Shown here: positions 29,306 through 37,634 of the stretch, piece by piece | Layout of the letters: each line of letters begins with the position of its first letter | Numbering within the stretch: position 1 is the stretch's first letter | Assembly (NCBI GenBank): GCA_036009625.1 | Contig: DASYLJ010000096.1 | Span: forward strand, 14,297-78,296 | Source: Candidatus Binatia bacterium | GTDB taxonomy: Bacteria > Desulfobacterota > Binatia > DP-6 | Direction: 5' to 3' | Length of the DNA: 64,000 bases | Made by a program: the position numbers and the translations under genes | Notes under the pieces: generated by a model | Databases searched by the model: none | The model's input: only the letters and a program-made list of their open reading frames with translations | Told to the model about the DNA's origin: nothing

Positions 29306-30487
29306 ATGACGATGCTGCGGTTTCCCGAAGGCTTCGTCTGGGGCACCGCCACCGCGGCGCACCAGGTGGAAGGCTCGAACTGGAACAACGACTGGTGGGA
29401 CTGGGAGCACACACCCGGGTCCCCCTGCCGCGAGCCCAGCGGCGACGCCTGCGACCACTATCATCGCTATCCCCAGGACATCCTGCTGCTCGCCGAGCTC
29501 GGCTTCAAAGCGTACCGCTTCTCGCTCGAGTGGAGCCGCATCGAGCCCGAGGAGGGCGAGTTCTCGGTGGCGCAGCTCGACCACTATCGCCGCATGTGCG
29601 CCGCCTGCCACGAGAACGGCCTCCTCCCCATCGTCACCTACCACCACTTCACTACGCCGCGCTGGGTGGCGGCCAAGGGCGGCTGGACCGATCCGGAGAC
29701 GGCCGAGCGCTTCGCCCGCTTCTGCGAGCGCACCGCGAAGCACATCGGCGACCTGACGTCGTTCGTGTGCACCCTGAACGAGCCCAACATCGTCGCCACG
29801 TTCGGGCATCGGTGGGGGCTGTTCCCGCCCGGGCTGCGCGACCACGCGATGCGCCTGCGCGCCAACGAGACGCTGATCGCCGCGCACCGGCTCGCGGTCG
29901 ACGTCATCAAGTCGGGCCCCGGCAACGCGCCCGTCGGCATGACGCTCGCGATGCAGGAGCACCAGGCCGTCGACGGCGGCGAGCAGCACGTCGCCGACGA
30001 GCTGGCGGTCATGGAAGACCCCTATCTCGAGGCGGCGCGTGGCGACGACTTCTTCGGCGTCCAGACCTACTCGCGGTTGCGCTTCGGCCCGAACGGCATG
30101 GTCGGCCCCGAGCCCGGCGTGCCGACGACGCAGATGGGCTACGAGTTCTGGCCGCAGGCGCTCGAGTTCACCATCCGTCGCGCCTGGGACAAGACGCACC
30201 ACGTGCCGATCCTGGTCACCGAGAACGGCATCGGCACCGACGACGACCTCGACCGCATCGAGTACGTGAAGCAGGCGCTCGCCGGCGTGCGCGCCTGTCT
30301 GGATCACGGCATCGACGTGCGCGGGTACGTCTACTGGAGCCTGCTCGACAACTTCGAGTGGGCGCTCGGCTACGGCCCGACGTTCGGGCTGGTGGCCGTC
30401 GACCGCACGACGCAGCACCGCCATCCGAAACCGAGCGCACGCTGGCTGGGCGAGATCGCCCGCGCGAACGCGCTCGCAGCGCATTAG
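29306..30487 (+). CDS. GH1 family beta-glucosidase
   Basis: MTMLRFPEGFVWGTATAAHQVEG..., catalytic TLNEPN (acid/base) and ITENG (nucleophile VTENGIG). 393 aa. Confidence 0.9.
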   Translation: MTMLRFPEGFVWGTATAAHQVEGSNWNNDWWDWEHTPGSPCREPSGDACDHYHRYPQDILLLAELGFKAYRFSLEWSRIEPEEGEFSVAQLDHYRRMCAACHENGLLPIVTYHHFTTPRWVAAKGGWTDPETAERFARFCERTAKHIGDLTSFVCTLNEPNIVATFGHRWGLFPPGLRDHAMRLRANETLIAAHRLAVDVIKSGPGNAPVGMTLAMQEHQAVDGGEQHVADELAVMEDPYLEAARGDDFFGVQTYSRLRFGPNGMVGPEPGVPTTQMGYEFWPQALEFTIRRAWDKTHHVPILVTENGIGTDDDLDRIEYVKQALAGVRACLDHGIDVRGYVYWSLLDNFEWALGYGPTFGLVAVDRTTQHRHPKPSARWLGEIARANALAAH

Positions 30488-30636
30488 AGAATCGACCCAA
30501 GACCATGTCTTGGGTCGGAAAGCACTGCGAGCGTGATGCTACACGACATGACCGCTCAGCATGCCGCGGCCGGCGAAGCCGGCGCGGCATACTGCTCCGA
30601 CCGCCGGACTGACAGCGAACACATAGAGGAGACGAC

Positions 30637-31539
30637 ATGGGATTGCTCGACGGGAAAGTAGCCATCGTGACTGGTGCAGGCCGTGGGCTGGGACGTGAAG
30701 AGGCGTTGGCGCTCGCGAAGAACGGGGCCAAGGTCATCATCAACGACATCGGCGCGTCGCTGTCGGGCGAGGGCACCGACCAGTCGCCCGCGCAGGAGGT
30801 GGTCGCCGAGATCAAGTCCGCCGGCGGCGAGGCCGCCACCAACGGCGAGGACGTCTCCGACTGGAAGGGCGCCGAGCGCACCATCGCCCAGGCGTACGAC
30901 ACCTGGGGCCGGCTCGACATCCTCGTCAACAACGCGGGCGTGCTGCGCGACCGGATGAGCTTCAACATGAGCGAGGACGAGTTCGACCTCGTCATGAAGG
31001 TCCACACCAAGGGCCACTTCGCGATGAGCCGTCACGCCTGCGAGCGCTGGCGCAACGCCGCCAAGACGACCGGCACGGTGTTCGGTCGCATCATCAACAC
31101 GTCGTCGGAGGCGGGGCTGCTGGGCTCGGCCGGCAACAGCAACTACGCCATGGCCAAGGCCGCCATCGCGGCGCTGACGATCAGCCTGGCGCGTGAGATG
31201 GGCAAGTACGGCGTCACCGCCAACTTCATCGCGCCGCGCGCGCGCACGCGCATGACGATGTCGATGCCGAACAGCTCGATGTTCGACAAGCCCGAGACGG
31301 GCTTCGACTCGACCCACCCGGCGTGGCCCGCCGAGCTGGTCGTGTTCCTCGCCAGCGACGCCGCCGCCGACCTGAACGGTCAGGGCTTCATCGTCTGGGG
31401 CGGGCAGGTGACGCTGGTGCATGGCTGGCACGTGACGGGCCAGCTCAGCACGCCGGGGGAGCCGATCCTCGTGAAAGATCTGATCGCCCGCAAAGACGAG
31501 CTGTACGGCGATCAGCCGAAGCAGCCCGTCTTCATGTGA
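30637..31539 (+). CDS. SDR family oxidoreductase
   Basis: MGLLDGKVAIVTGAGRGLGRE...NNAG...SSEAG...YAMAKAAI with catalytic Y-x3-K. Paralog of the truncated SDR at 1-258. 300 aa. Confidence 0.9.
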   Translation: MGLLDGKVAIVTGAGRGLGREEALALAKNGAKVIINDIGASLSGEGTDQSPAQEVVAEIKSAGGEAATNGEDVSDWKGAERTIAQAYDTWGRLDILVNNAGVLRDRMSFNMSEDEFDLVMKVHTKGHFAMSRHACERWRNAAKTTGTVFGRIINTSSEAGLLGSAGNSNYAMAKAAIAALTISLAREMGKYGVTANFIAPRARTRMTMSMPNSSMFDKPETGFDSTHPAWPAELVVFLASDAAADLNGQGFIVWGGQVTLVHGWHVTGQLSTPGEPILVKDLIARKDELYGDQPKQPVFM

Positions 31540-31543
31540 TCGG

Positions 31544-31741
31544 CTATTCGCTCTGCACGGGTGACGCGATCAGCGTGAGTGCGTTGAAGGCGAGCACCCA
31601 GTCTCCTGCCTGTACGTAGCTGCGGATTTCTTCCGGGGTGCAGCCGAGCTGCACCTCGGGGTCTTCCCAGAGCTCGATCGGCTCACCGTCGACGTAGAAA
31701 CGCTGGCGTGTAGCGATGGTGTTCACGGCGCCTCCCCACAT
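31544..31741 (-). CDS. Small hypothetical protein (65 aa), possibly the C-terminal half of a frameshifted gene
   Basis: Protein-like composition in a lower-GC islet. Overlaps the next small ORF by 19 nt in another frame. Confidence 0.3.
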   Translation of the reverse strand: MWGGAVNTIATRQRFYVDGEPIELWEDPEVQLGCTPEEIRSYVQAGDWVLAFNALTLIASPVQSE

Positions 31742-31908
31742 CGGTCATCGAGGATGCCGATGTCGAAGCGCGCGCCCCGGAAGTTTCCACAGAGCCGGAC
31801 CGCGCCGGAATTGACCAGGTGGACGACGGTGGCGACCAGCTCGGCCTCGGTAGCGACGTTGTCGCTGACGACGGTCACGAGCTCGAGCAGGGTGGTCTGG
31901 TATGCCAT
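31723..31908 (-). CDS. Small hypothetical protein (61 aa), possibly the N-terminal half of a frameshifted gene
   Basis: MAYQTTLLELVTVVSDNVATEAELVATVVHLVNSGAV has protein-like composition. Directly upstream of and overlapping 31544-31741. Confidence 0.3.
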   Translation of the reverse strand: MAYQTTLLELVTVVSDNVATEAELVATVVHLVNSGAVRLCGNFRGARFDIGILDDRCGEAP

Positions 31909-32164
31909 GTCTGTGTCCCTCCTGGGACTGCTACGCGGGAAGGAGCAAGCCGGATGCCAGCACCCCCCAGCGTCGGTGGATACGACGCTTTCGGGCTGCG
32001 GCGCGTGTCACGGTGCTGCATCATGGGTCACTCGGGCGCTCAGTGCCCAATTTCGTGGCGCACCCATGACTCCGCGGAGCAAGTCACCAGTTGGGGCGGC
32101 GCATATAGCCCAAATGAGTGAGGCGGCGATCGCGATCTGCTGGGTACAGTCGCGATCAACGATC

Positions 32165-32392
32165 ATGACACCGCCACATTCCAGTGACTTGCAGCCCGCC
32201 GGCGCGTGCACCCTGTGCCGCGTGGTGTTCTTCGCCCGCCCCGACCAGTTCAGCGGCACCCGCGAGGTGATCCGCCTCCACGAGAGCATCTGCCCTGGTG
32301 GTGAGCGGCTCGGCGAGGTCGCGGTACCCTACGAGACGGCGCCCATGCGCCTCTCGGACGCGGTGCCGACGATGCCGTTCGGGCGACGCTGA
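32165..32392 (+). CDS. Small Cys-containing hypothetical ORF (75 aa)
   Basis: MTPPHSSDLQPAGACTLCRVVFF... inside the lower-GC islet. Followed by a GC hairpin. Weak. Confidence 0.2.
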   Translation: MTPPHSSDLQPAGACTLCRVVFFARPDQFSGTREVIRLHESICPGGERLGEVAVPYETAPMRLSDAVPTMPFGRR

Positions 32393-32440
32393 CGATCTGA
32401 CATTGCCCCCCCGCCCGATGGCGGGCATTAGGGGGCGAGC

Positions 32441-33076
32441 ATGGCTGCCGTCCCACCTCCCGCGCCCCGGTCGAAGTCGCTCGTCCGCTCGCTCGTTCCC
32501 GCGGACTTCCTGACGCTCGGGAACGCCACCTGCGGCACGGTGGCCATCTTCCTTTGCCTCAACTACCTCGAGAGCGGCTACCACGCGCCGTTCCTCCTCG
32601 GCGCGTTCTGCCTCCTGCCGCTCGCGGTCGTGCTCGACGCCGCCGACGGCTACGTCGCGCGACGCCAGGACCGCTCGTCGGCCTACGGCGCCGATCTCGA
32701 TTCGCTCGCCGACGTGGTCTCGTTCGGCGTGGCACCCGCGGTCCTCGGGTTCACGCTCGGCATGCGTGGCGTGTGGGACTCCATGGTGCTCTGCATCTTC
32801 GTCTGTTGCGGTGTGGCGCGGCTGGCGCGCTACAACGTGACGGCGGCATCGCTGTCTGGCGGCACCGGCAAGGTGCGCTACTACGAGGGCACTCCGATTC
32901 CGACCAGCCTGATCCTCGTCGCCATGCTGGGGGTGGCGTGCTGGCAGGGTGCGATCGGCGAGGACCTGTGGTTCGGCCGCGTGCGGTTCGGGCCGGGATA
33001 CCTGCACCCGCTGGTGCTGGTGTACCTGGTGAGCGGCGTCCTGATGGTGAGTCGGGTCCGCATCCCCAAGCCTTGA
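32441..33076 (+). CDS. CDP-alcohol phosphatidyltransferase (PssA/PgsA class)
   Basis: DAADGYVARRQDRSSAYGADLDSLADVVSFGVAPA matches the D-G-x2-A-R...G-x3-D-x3-D signature. Multi-TM. 211 aa. Confidence 0.85.
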   Translation: MAAVPPPAPRSKSLVRSLVPADFLTLGNATCGTVAIFLCLNYLESGYHAPFLLGAFCLLPLAVVLDAADGYVARRQDRSSAYGADLDSLADVVSFGVAPAVLGFTLGMRGVWDSMVLCIFVCCGVARLARYNVTAASLSGGTGKVRYYEGTPIPTSLILVAMLGVACWQGAIGEDLWFGRVRFGPGYLHPLVLVYLVSGVLMVSRVRIPKP

Positions 33077-33111
33077 CGATCACTGTTCGCTCCGCGGGCG
33101 AGATGCGGTAG

Positions 33112-35331
33112 GTGTTGGCTTCCGTGCGCGCGACGTCCCGATCCACCGTTTCGCTCCCCACCGCCGGATTCGCCGCCGCCCTGCTGCTGGTCACCGGGCT
33201 CGGCGTCCTGTCGTACGCCCGTCTGCAATCGACGCTCGCCGCGGGTGACGCCGCCCGCCATACCCTGCAGGTGCTGCAGGTGATCGAGGTCGTCCTCGGA
33301 CGGCTTCGAGACGCCGAGACCGGCCAACGGGGTTTCGTGCTGACGGGCGAGGAGCCGTATCTCGAGCCCTATCGCACCAGTCGCCAGAAGCTGCCGCGCG
33401 ACCTGAACCGGCTGCGCCGGCTCGCGAGCGACAATCCGGCGCAGGCAGTCCGCATGCTCCAGCTCGAGCCGCTGGTGGCGCAGAAGATGGTCGAGCTCGA
33501 CCTGACGATCGCGCTCCGGCGCGAGCGCGGATTCGAGTCTGCGCTCGAGATCGTCACCAAGGACACGGGCCGCGAGGCGATGGACGCCGCACGAGGCATC
33601 CTCGCGGACATGGCCACCGAGGAGCGCACCCTGCTGCGCGAGCAGGCCGCCGACCGCGAGCACGACGCGCGTCAGGCCACCGCCGCCGGCGTCGGCGGGA
33701 GCCTCCTCACCATCCTCCTGCTCGTGGGCTCCGCCCTGGCATTGCGCCGCCAGATGGAGCGACGCGCCGTCGCCGAGCACACCACCCGCGAGAGCCAGGA
33801 GCGCCTCCTCGTCACGCTCTCGAGCATCGGCGATGCGGTCATCGCCACCGACACCAGCGGCATCATCACGTTCATGAACCTGGTCGCGCAGACGCTCACC
33901 GGCTGGGGCCAGCTCGAGGCCCGCGGACGACCGCTGCCCGAGGTCTTCCGCATCGTCAACGAGACGAGTCGCATGACCGTCGAGAATCCCGTCGACAAGG
34001 TGCTGCGGGAAGGCCGCATCGTCGGCCTCGCGAACCATACCGTGCTGATCGGCCGTGACGGCACGGAGCTGCCCATCGACGACAGCGCCGCACCTATCCG
34101 CGACGGGGACGGCGAGGTGATGGGCGTGGTCCTCGTGTTCCGTGACGTCAGCGAGCGCAAGGTGGCGGAAGAATCTCGCGAGCGCTACGTGCGCGCCGAG
34201 GCCGCGAACCAGGCCAAGGACGACTTCCTAGCCGTGCTGTCCCACGAGCTGCGCGCACCGCTCAACGCCATGCTCGGTTGGGTCCGTCTGCTGCAGCGGC
34301 CCGAGCGCACCGCGGCGACGATCGATCGCGCCATCGAGGTGCTGGAGCGCAACATCGGCACGCAGACGCGCGTCATCAACGAGCTGCTCGACGTGTCGCG
34401 CATCGTCTCGGGACGCCTGCAGCTCGAGCTCGAGCCGCTGAACCTGGTCGACATCGTGCGCGATGCCGTCGATTCGATCCGGGTCGCCGCCGAGGGCCGC
34501 GGGCTCGTGCTGATGCAGACGCTGCCCGAGCAGGCGGTGCTGCCGGTGCGGGGCGATCCCGCCCGCCTGCAGCAGGTCATGGGCAACCTGCTCACCAACG
34601 CCGTCAAGTTCACGCCGGCCGGCGGCCGCATCGACGTCATGCTGACGCGCGAGGTCGACGGCGCGCGCATCGTCGTGCGCGACACCGGTCAGGGCATCGC
34701 GCCCGAGTTCCTACCCTACGTCTTCGAGCGCTTCCGTCAGGCCGACAGCAGCACGAGTCGCGCTCATGGCGGTCTCGGCCTCGGTCTCGCCATCGCCCGC
34801 AGCCTGGTCGAGCGCCACGACGGTACGCTCACGGCGAGCAGCGAGGGAACGGGCCATGGCGCGACGTTCACGGTCGCGCTCCCGCTCGTGAGCGAGCTCC
34901 CGTCGCTCCCCATCGCGGCGCCCGCACGGGTCGATGGCGGCACGACCCTCGCCGACGTCAGCGTGCTCGTCGTCGAGGACGACGCCGACACGCTCGAAGC
35001 GTTGCGCCTGGCGCTCGAAGCGAGTGGTGCGCGCGTCCTCACGGCCACGAGCATGACGGCAGCGCTCGCCGCCTGGGAGGCAGCGAAGCCGCATGTCGTC
35101 GTCAGCGACATCAGCATGCCCGGCGGCGACGGATACGACCTGATCCGCGCCATCCGCGAGCGCGACGGCGGCCACACGCCCGCCGTCGCCATGACGGGCC
35201 TCGTCAGCAAGGAAGACCGCTCCGCCGCCCTCGCCGCCGGCTTCGACGCCCACCTCTCGAAGCCCATCGACCCCGACTACCTCGTCCGCTTCCTCACCAC
35301 CCTCGCCGCCCGCACGCCCCTTCTCCACTGA
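33112..35331 (+). CDS. Hybrid sensor histidine kinase with CHASE3, PAS, HisKA, HATPase_c and C-terminal receiver
   Basis: TM plus CHASE3-like periplasmic region. PAS (LVTLSSIGDAVIATD). H-box LAVLSHELRAPLN. G-boxes. REC domain VLVVEDDADTLE...SDISMPGGDG...LSKP. 739 aa. Confidence 0.9.
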   Translation: MLASVRATSRSTVSLPTAGFAAALLLVTGLGVLSYARLQSTLAAGDAARHTLQVLQVIEVVLGRLRDAETGQRGFVLTGEEPYLEPYRTSRQKLPRDLNRLRRLASDNPAQAVRMLQLEPLVAQKMVELDLTIALRRERGFESALEIVTKDTGREAMDAARGILADMATEERTLLREQAADREHDARQATAAGVGGSLLTILLLVGSALALRRQMERRAVAEHTTRESQERLLVTLSSIGDAVIATDTSGIITFMNLVAQTLTGWGQLEARGRPLPEVFRIVNETSRMTVENPVDKVLREGRIVGLANHTVLIGRDGTELPIDDSAAPIRDGDGEVMGVVLVFRDVSERKVAEESRERYVRAEAANQAKDDFLAVLSHELRAPLNAMLGWVRLLQRPERTAATIDRAIEVLERNIGTQTRVINELLDVSRIVSGRLQLELEPLNLVDIVRDAVDSIRVAAEGRGLVLMQTLPEQAVLPVRGDPARLQQVMGNLLTNAVKFTPAGGRIDVMLTREVDGARIVVRDTGQGIAPEFLPYVFERFRQADSSTSRAHGGLGLGLAIARSLVERHDGTLTASSEGTGHGATFTVALPLVSELPSLPIAAPARVDGGTTLADVSVLVVEDDADTLEALRLALEASGARVLTATSMTAALAAWEAAKPHVVVSDISMPGGDGYDLIRAIRERDGGHTPAVAMTGLVSKEDRSAALAAGFDAHLSKPIDPDYLVRFLTTLAARTPLLH

Positions 35332-35395
35332 GTCAGCGCGGCGCCGCCCAAAGCCCCAAGGTTCGAGGACGCGGCCGCAGCCGCTTCGGTGGAAG

Positions 35396-35526
35396 CGGCG
35401 AGGGGCGGTAGGGGCATAGCGCGCCCGCAGCTGCTAGCGCGCGCCCCGACTCTCGATGTGCTGCTGCGGTCCTTCGACGGCGCGCTTGCAGCGAGGACGG
35501 CGCGCGTAGCCCCTACCGTCCCTCGC
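35396..35526. repeat. Long imperfect inverted repeat in convergent intergenic region
   Basis: GCGAGGGGCGGTAGGGGC at 35396-35413 pairs with GCCCCTACCGTCCCTCGC at 35509-35526 (17/18). Internal sub-palindromes GCGCGCCCGCAGCTGC/GCGCGC. Lies between the histidine kinase stop and the hydrolase stop. Confidence 0.4.
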
Positions 35527-35559
35527 CGCGCCCCGCAGGCCGCTCCAGGCCCCCCGTCC

Positions 35560-37548
35560 TCAGAACTGCGGCCCCGTGCACGGCAGCCCAACGCAGACGT
35601 CCTCGATGAGGCCGTGCGGATGCCAGAAGTCGTCCTTCAGCGCCTGCACCGCCGGGATCTTCGGCGTGTCGTCGTGCGGATCATGCCCGACGCGCGGCGG
35701 CGTGTTCTCGAGCGGCGACAGCTCGGCGCCCGTGTCCCAGAGGAAGTAGGCCGACCGCGGCCAGGGGTAGTACGGGATCGCGCCGATGCCGAAGTCGTGC
35801 TCGCCCCCGAACTGACGCCCGGCGCCCACCAGCGGCTCGTGCCGCAGGATGCCCATGGTGCGCGCTTCGACCTGCAGCGAGAACTCGCTCACCTGATGAT
35901 CTCCGACGGCACCGAGCAGCAGGACCTCCTTGCGCGGCGTGCGCGGATACGGCTTCGCCGTCACGTGCTGCGCGTAGCCGTTGGTCTCGCCGCGATCCCA
36001 CAGCATCTGGATGATGTTGAGGGCCTGCAGCTGCACGACGGTGTCGGGGTACCCGATGTCGAGGAACACCTTGTAGAGGTCGAAGTCGACGCTCCGGGGC
36101 AGCAGCGTCGAGTAGTTCATGCCCGCCTCGCCCAGCACGCAGCGACGGAAGTCCTGCGCCACCGCGCACAGCGCGCCGCCCACGATCGCCCCTTGGCTGT
36201 TGCCGTCGAAGTAGAGCTGTTCGGTGTCGATCGCCGGCACGCCCCCGACCTGGAACGCCGCGTTGCTCGCGAAGCCGTCGGGATGCCGCATCAGGCGGCC
36301 GAGGACGAGGAAGTTCAGGAAGCCCTGCTGCAGACGATCGGCGAGCGACGCGAAGCGCGAGAGGTCCTGGAGGATGGTGATGGCATTGCCCACGTCCTCC
36401 TCGGCCATGCCGATCCAGTCGGTGGCGCAGTAAGCGACGTTGTAGGTGGCGCTCATGTTGCGGACGAGCGACCCGTTCACCTCGCCCTGATCGCCGAGCA
36501 GACCGTGACCGTAGAGCGACATCCGCGCCGGGCCCGTCAGCGCGCTGTTCGGCAGGTTGCAGGTGAACGTCGCCGTGAAGGGCAGCGTCTGGCGCTGCGG
36601 AACACCATTCGCATCGAGCGCGAAGCGATTGCCGGCGCTGCCGTTCCCCGTCAGGTAGAGCGGCACCTCGAACGTCCCCTGGATGCGGCGACGGAACTGC
36701 GGCGACGGGTTCTCGATCACCGACGTCACGGTGAACGCCGGCGCGCGACCACCGAGCGTGCGGAAGGCGTCGTCGCGGATGCGCAGCATGCGGTCGGCGA
36801 TGTTGCGGCCGCTGGCGACGGTGAACTCGAAGGCGATCTGCAGGTCGTCGCGTGCGATGCCGGCGCTCTTGAGGCTGCGGAACACCTTCTCCATCTGCGG
36901 GCGGCGCGACTCGAACGTGGCGTCGGTGGTGCAGGAGCCGTCACGGTAGGACGCGAACGCCGGCGACGCCGGCAGCACGGCGCCACCGCCGTCGACGAGG
37001 CCACGGACGGCGACGATGTAGCGGCGCCCCTCGAGGAAGTTCGTCACCGGCCGCACGACCACGGCGCGGTTGCCCGCCGCCGAGTTCATGTCGGTCTCGG
37101 CCCACACCGGCCAGCGCCTGCCGGTGCGCGCGTCGATGACGACGACGGGCGAGTCGGCGTCGAGCGAGCTGCTGGTGGTGGTGATCGACGGCGCGCCCGA
37201 CTGGGCGAGGTCGACCGTCGGCCACCACATGAGGATGGCCGCACCGGGACTGAACCCGTCGCTGCGATTCAGCTCGGCGACCTCGAGTGGCGTTCCACCG
37301 ACGTTCTTCGGGACGCCGTTCGCCGTGAAGTTGATGCGACGACCCGTGCGGCTGCCGCCGTCGGCACGGGTGAAGTAGTCGTTCGGGAAGGGGAACATGC
37401 AGTGCTCGGGTGCGATCGGATCGCAGTCGGCCTGCTGCGACAGGTCGATGCCGAGATCGGCGGGGTTCTGCGGATTGGCGCAGGTGGCGGCCAACCCCCG
37501 ACCGGCACACAGCAGCAGCAGCGACGCAGCGACGAAGCGGGACGTCAT
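35560..37548 (-). CDS. Secreted alpha/beta-hydrolase-like protein (lipase/esterase-like, GNSQG nucleophile motif)
   Basis: Signal MTSRFVAASLLLLCAGRGLAA. LYGHGLLG (oxyanion HG), YFDGNSQGA (G-x-S-x-G), GDHQVS. 662 aa. Paralog of 37635-40289. Confidence 0.75.
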   Translation of the reverse strand: MTSRFVAASLLLLCAGRGLAATCANPQNPADLGIDLSQQADCDPIAPEHCMFPFPNDYFTRADGGSRTGRRINFTANGVPKNVGGTPLEVAELNRSDGFSPGAAILMWWPTVDLAQSGAPSITTTSSSLDADSPVVVIDARTGRRWPVWAETDMNSAAGNRAVVVRPVTNFLEGRRYIVAVRGLVDGGGAVLPASPAFASYRDGSCTTDATFESRRPQMEKVFRSLKSAGIARDDLQIAFEFTVASGRNIADRMLRIRDDAFRTLGGRAPAFTVTSVIENPSPQFRRRIQGTFEVPLYLTGNGSAGNRFALDANGVPQRQTLPFTATFTCNLPNSALTGPARMSLYGHGLLGDQGEVNGSLVRNMSATYNVAYCATDWIGMAEEDVGNAITILQDLSRFASLADRLQQGFLNFLVLGRLMRHPDGFASNAAFQVGGVPAIDTEQLYFDGNSQGAIVGGALCAVAQDFRRCVLGEAGMNYSTLLPRSVDFDLYKVFLDIGYPDTVVQLQALNIIQMLWDRGETNGYAQHVTAKPYPRTPRKEVLLLGAVGDHQVSEFSLQVEARTMGILRHEPLVGAGRQFGGEHDFGIGAIPYYPWPRSAYFLWDTGAELSPLENTPPRVGHDPHDDTPKIPAVQALKDDFWHPHGLIEDVCVGLPCTGPQF

Positions 37549-37634
37549 GGACGGGCTCCCTTCCGGAACGTGAAGCGTGGCGGCCGCGCGTGGAATCCAC
37601 GCGCGGCCGCCGTCGTGATCAGAACGTCAGTGCC

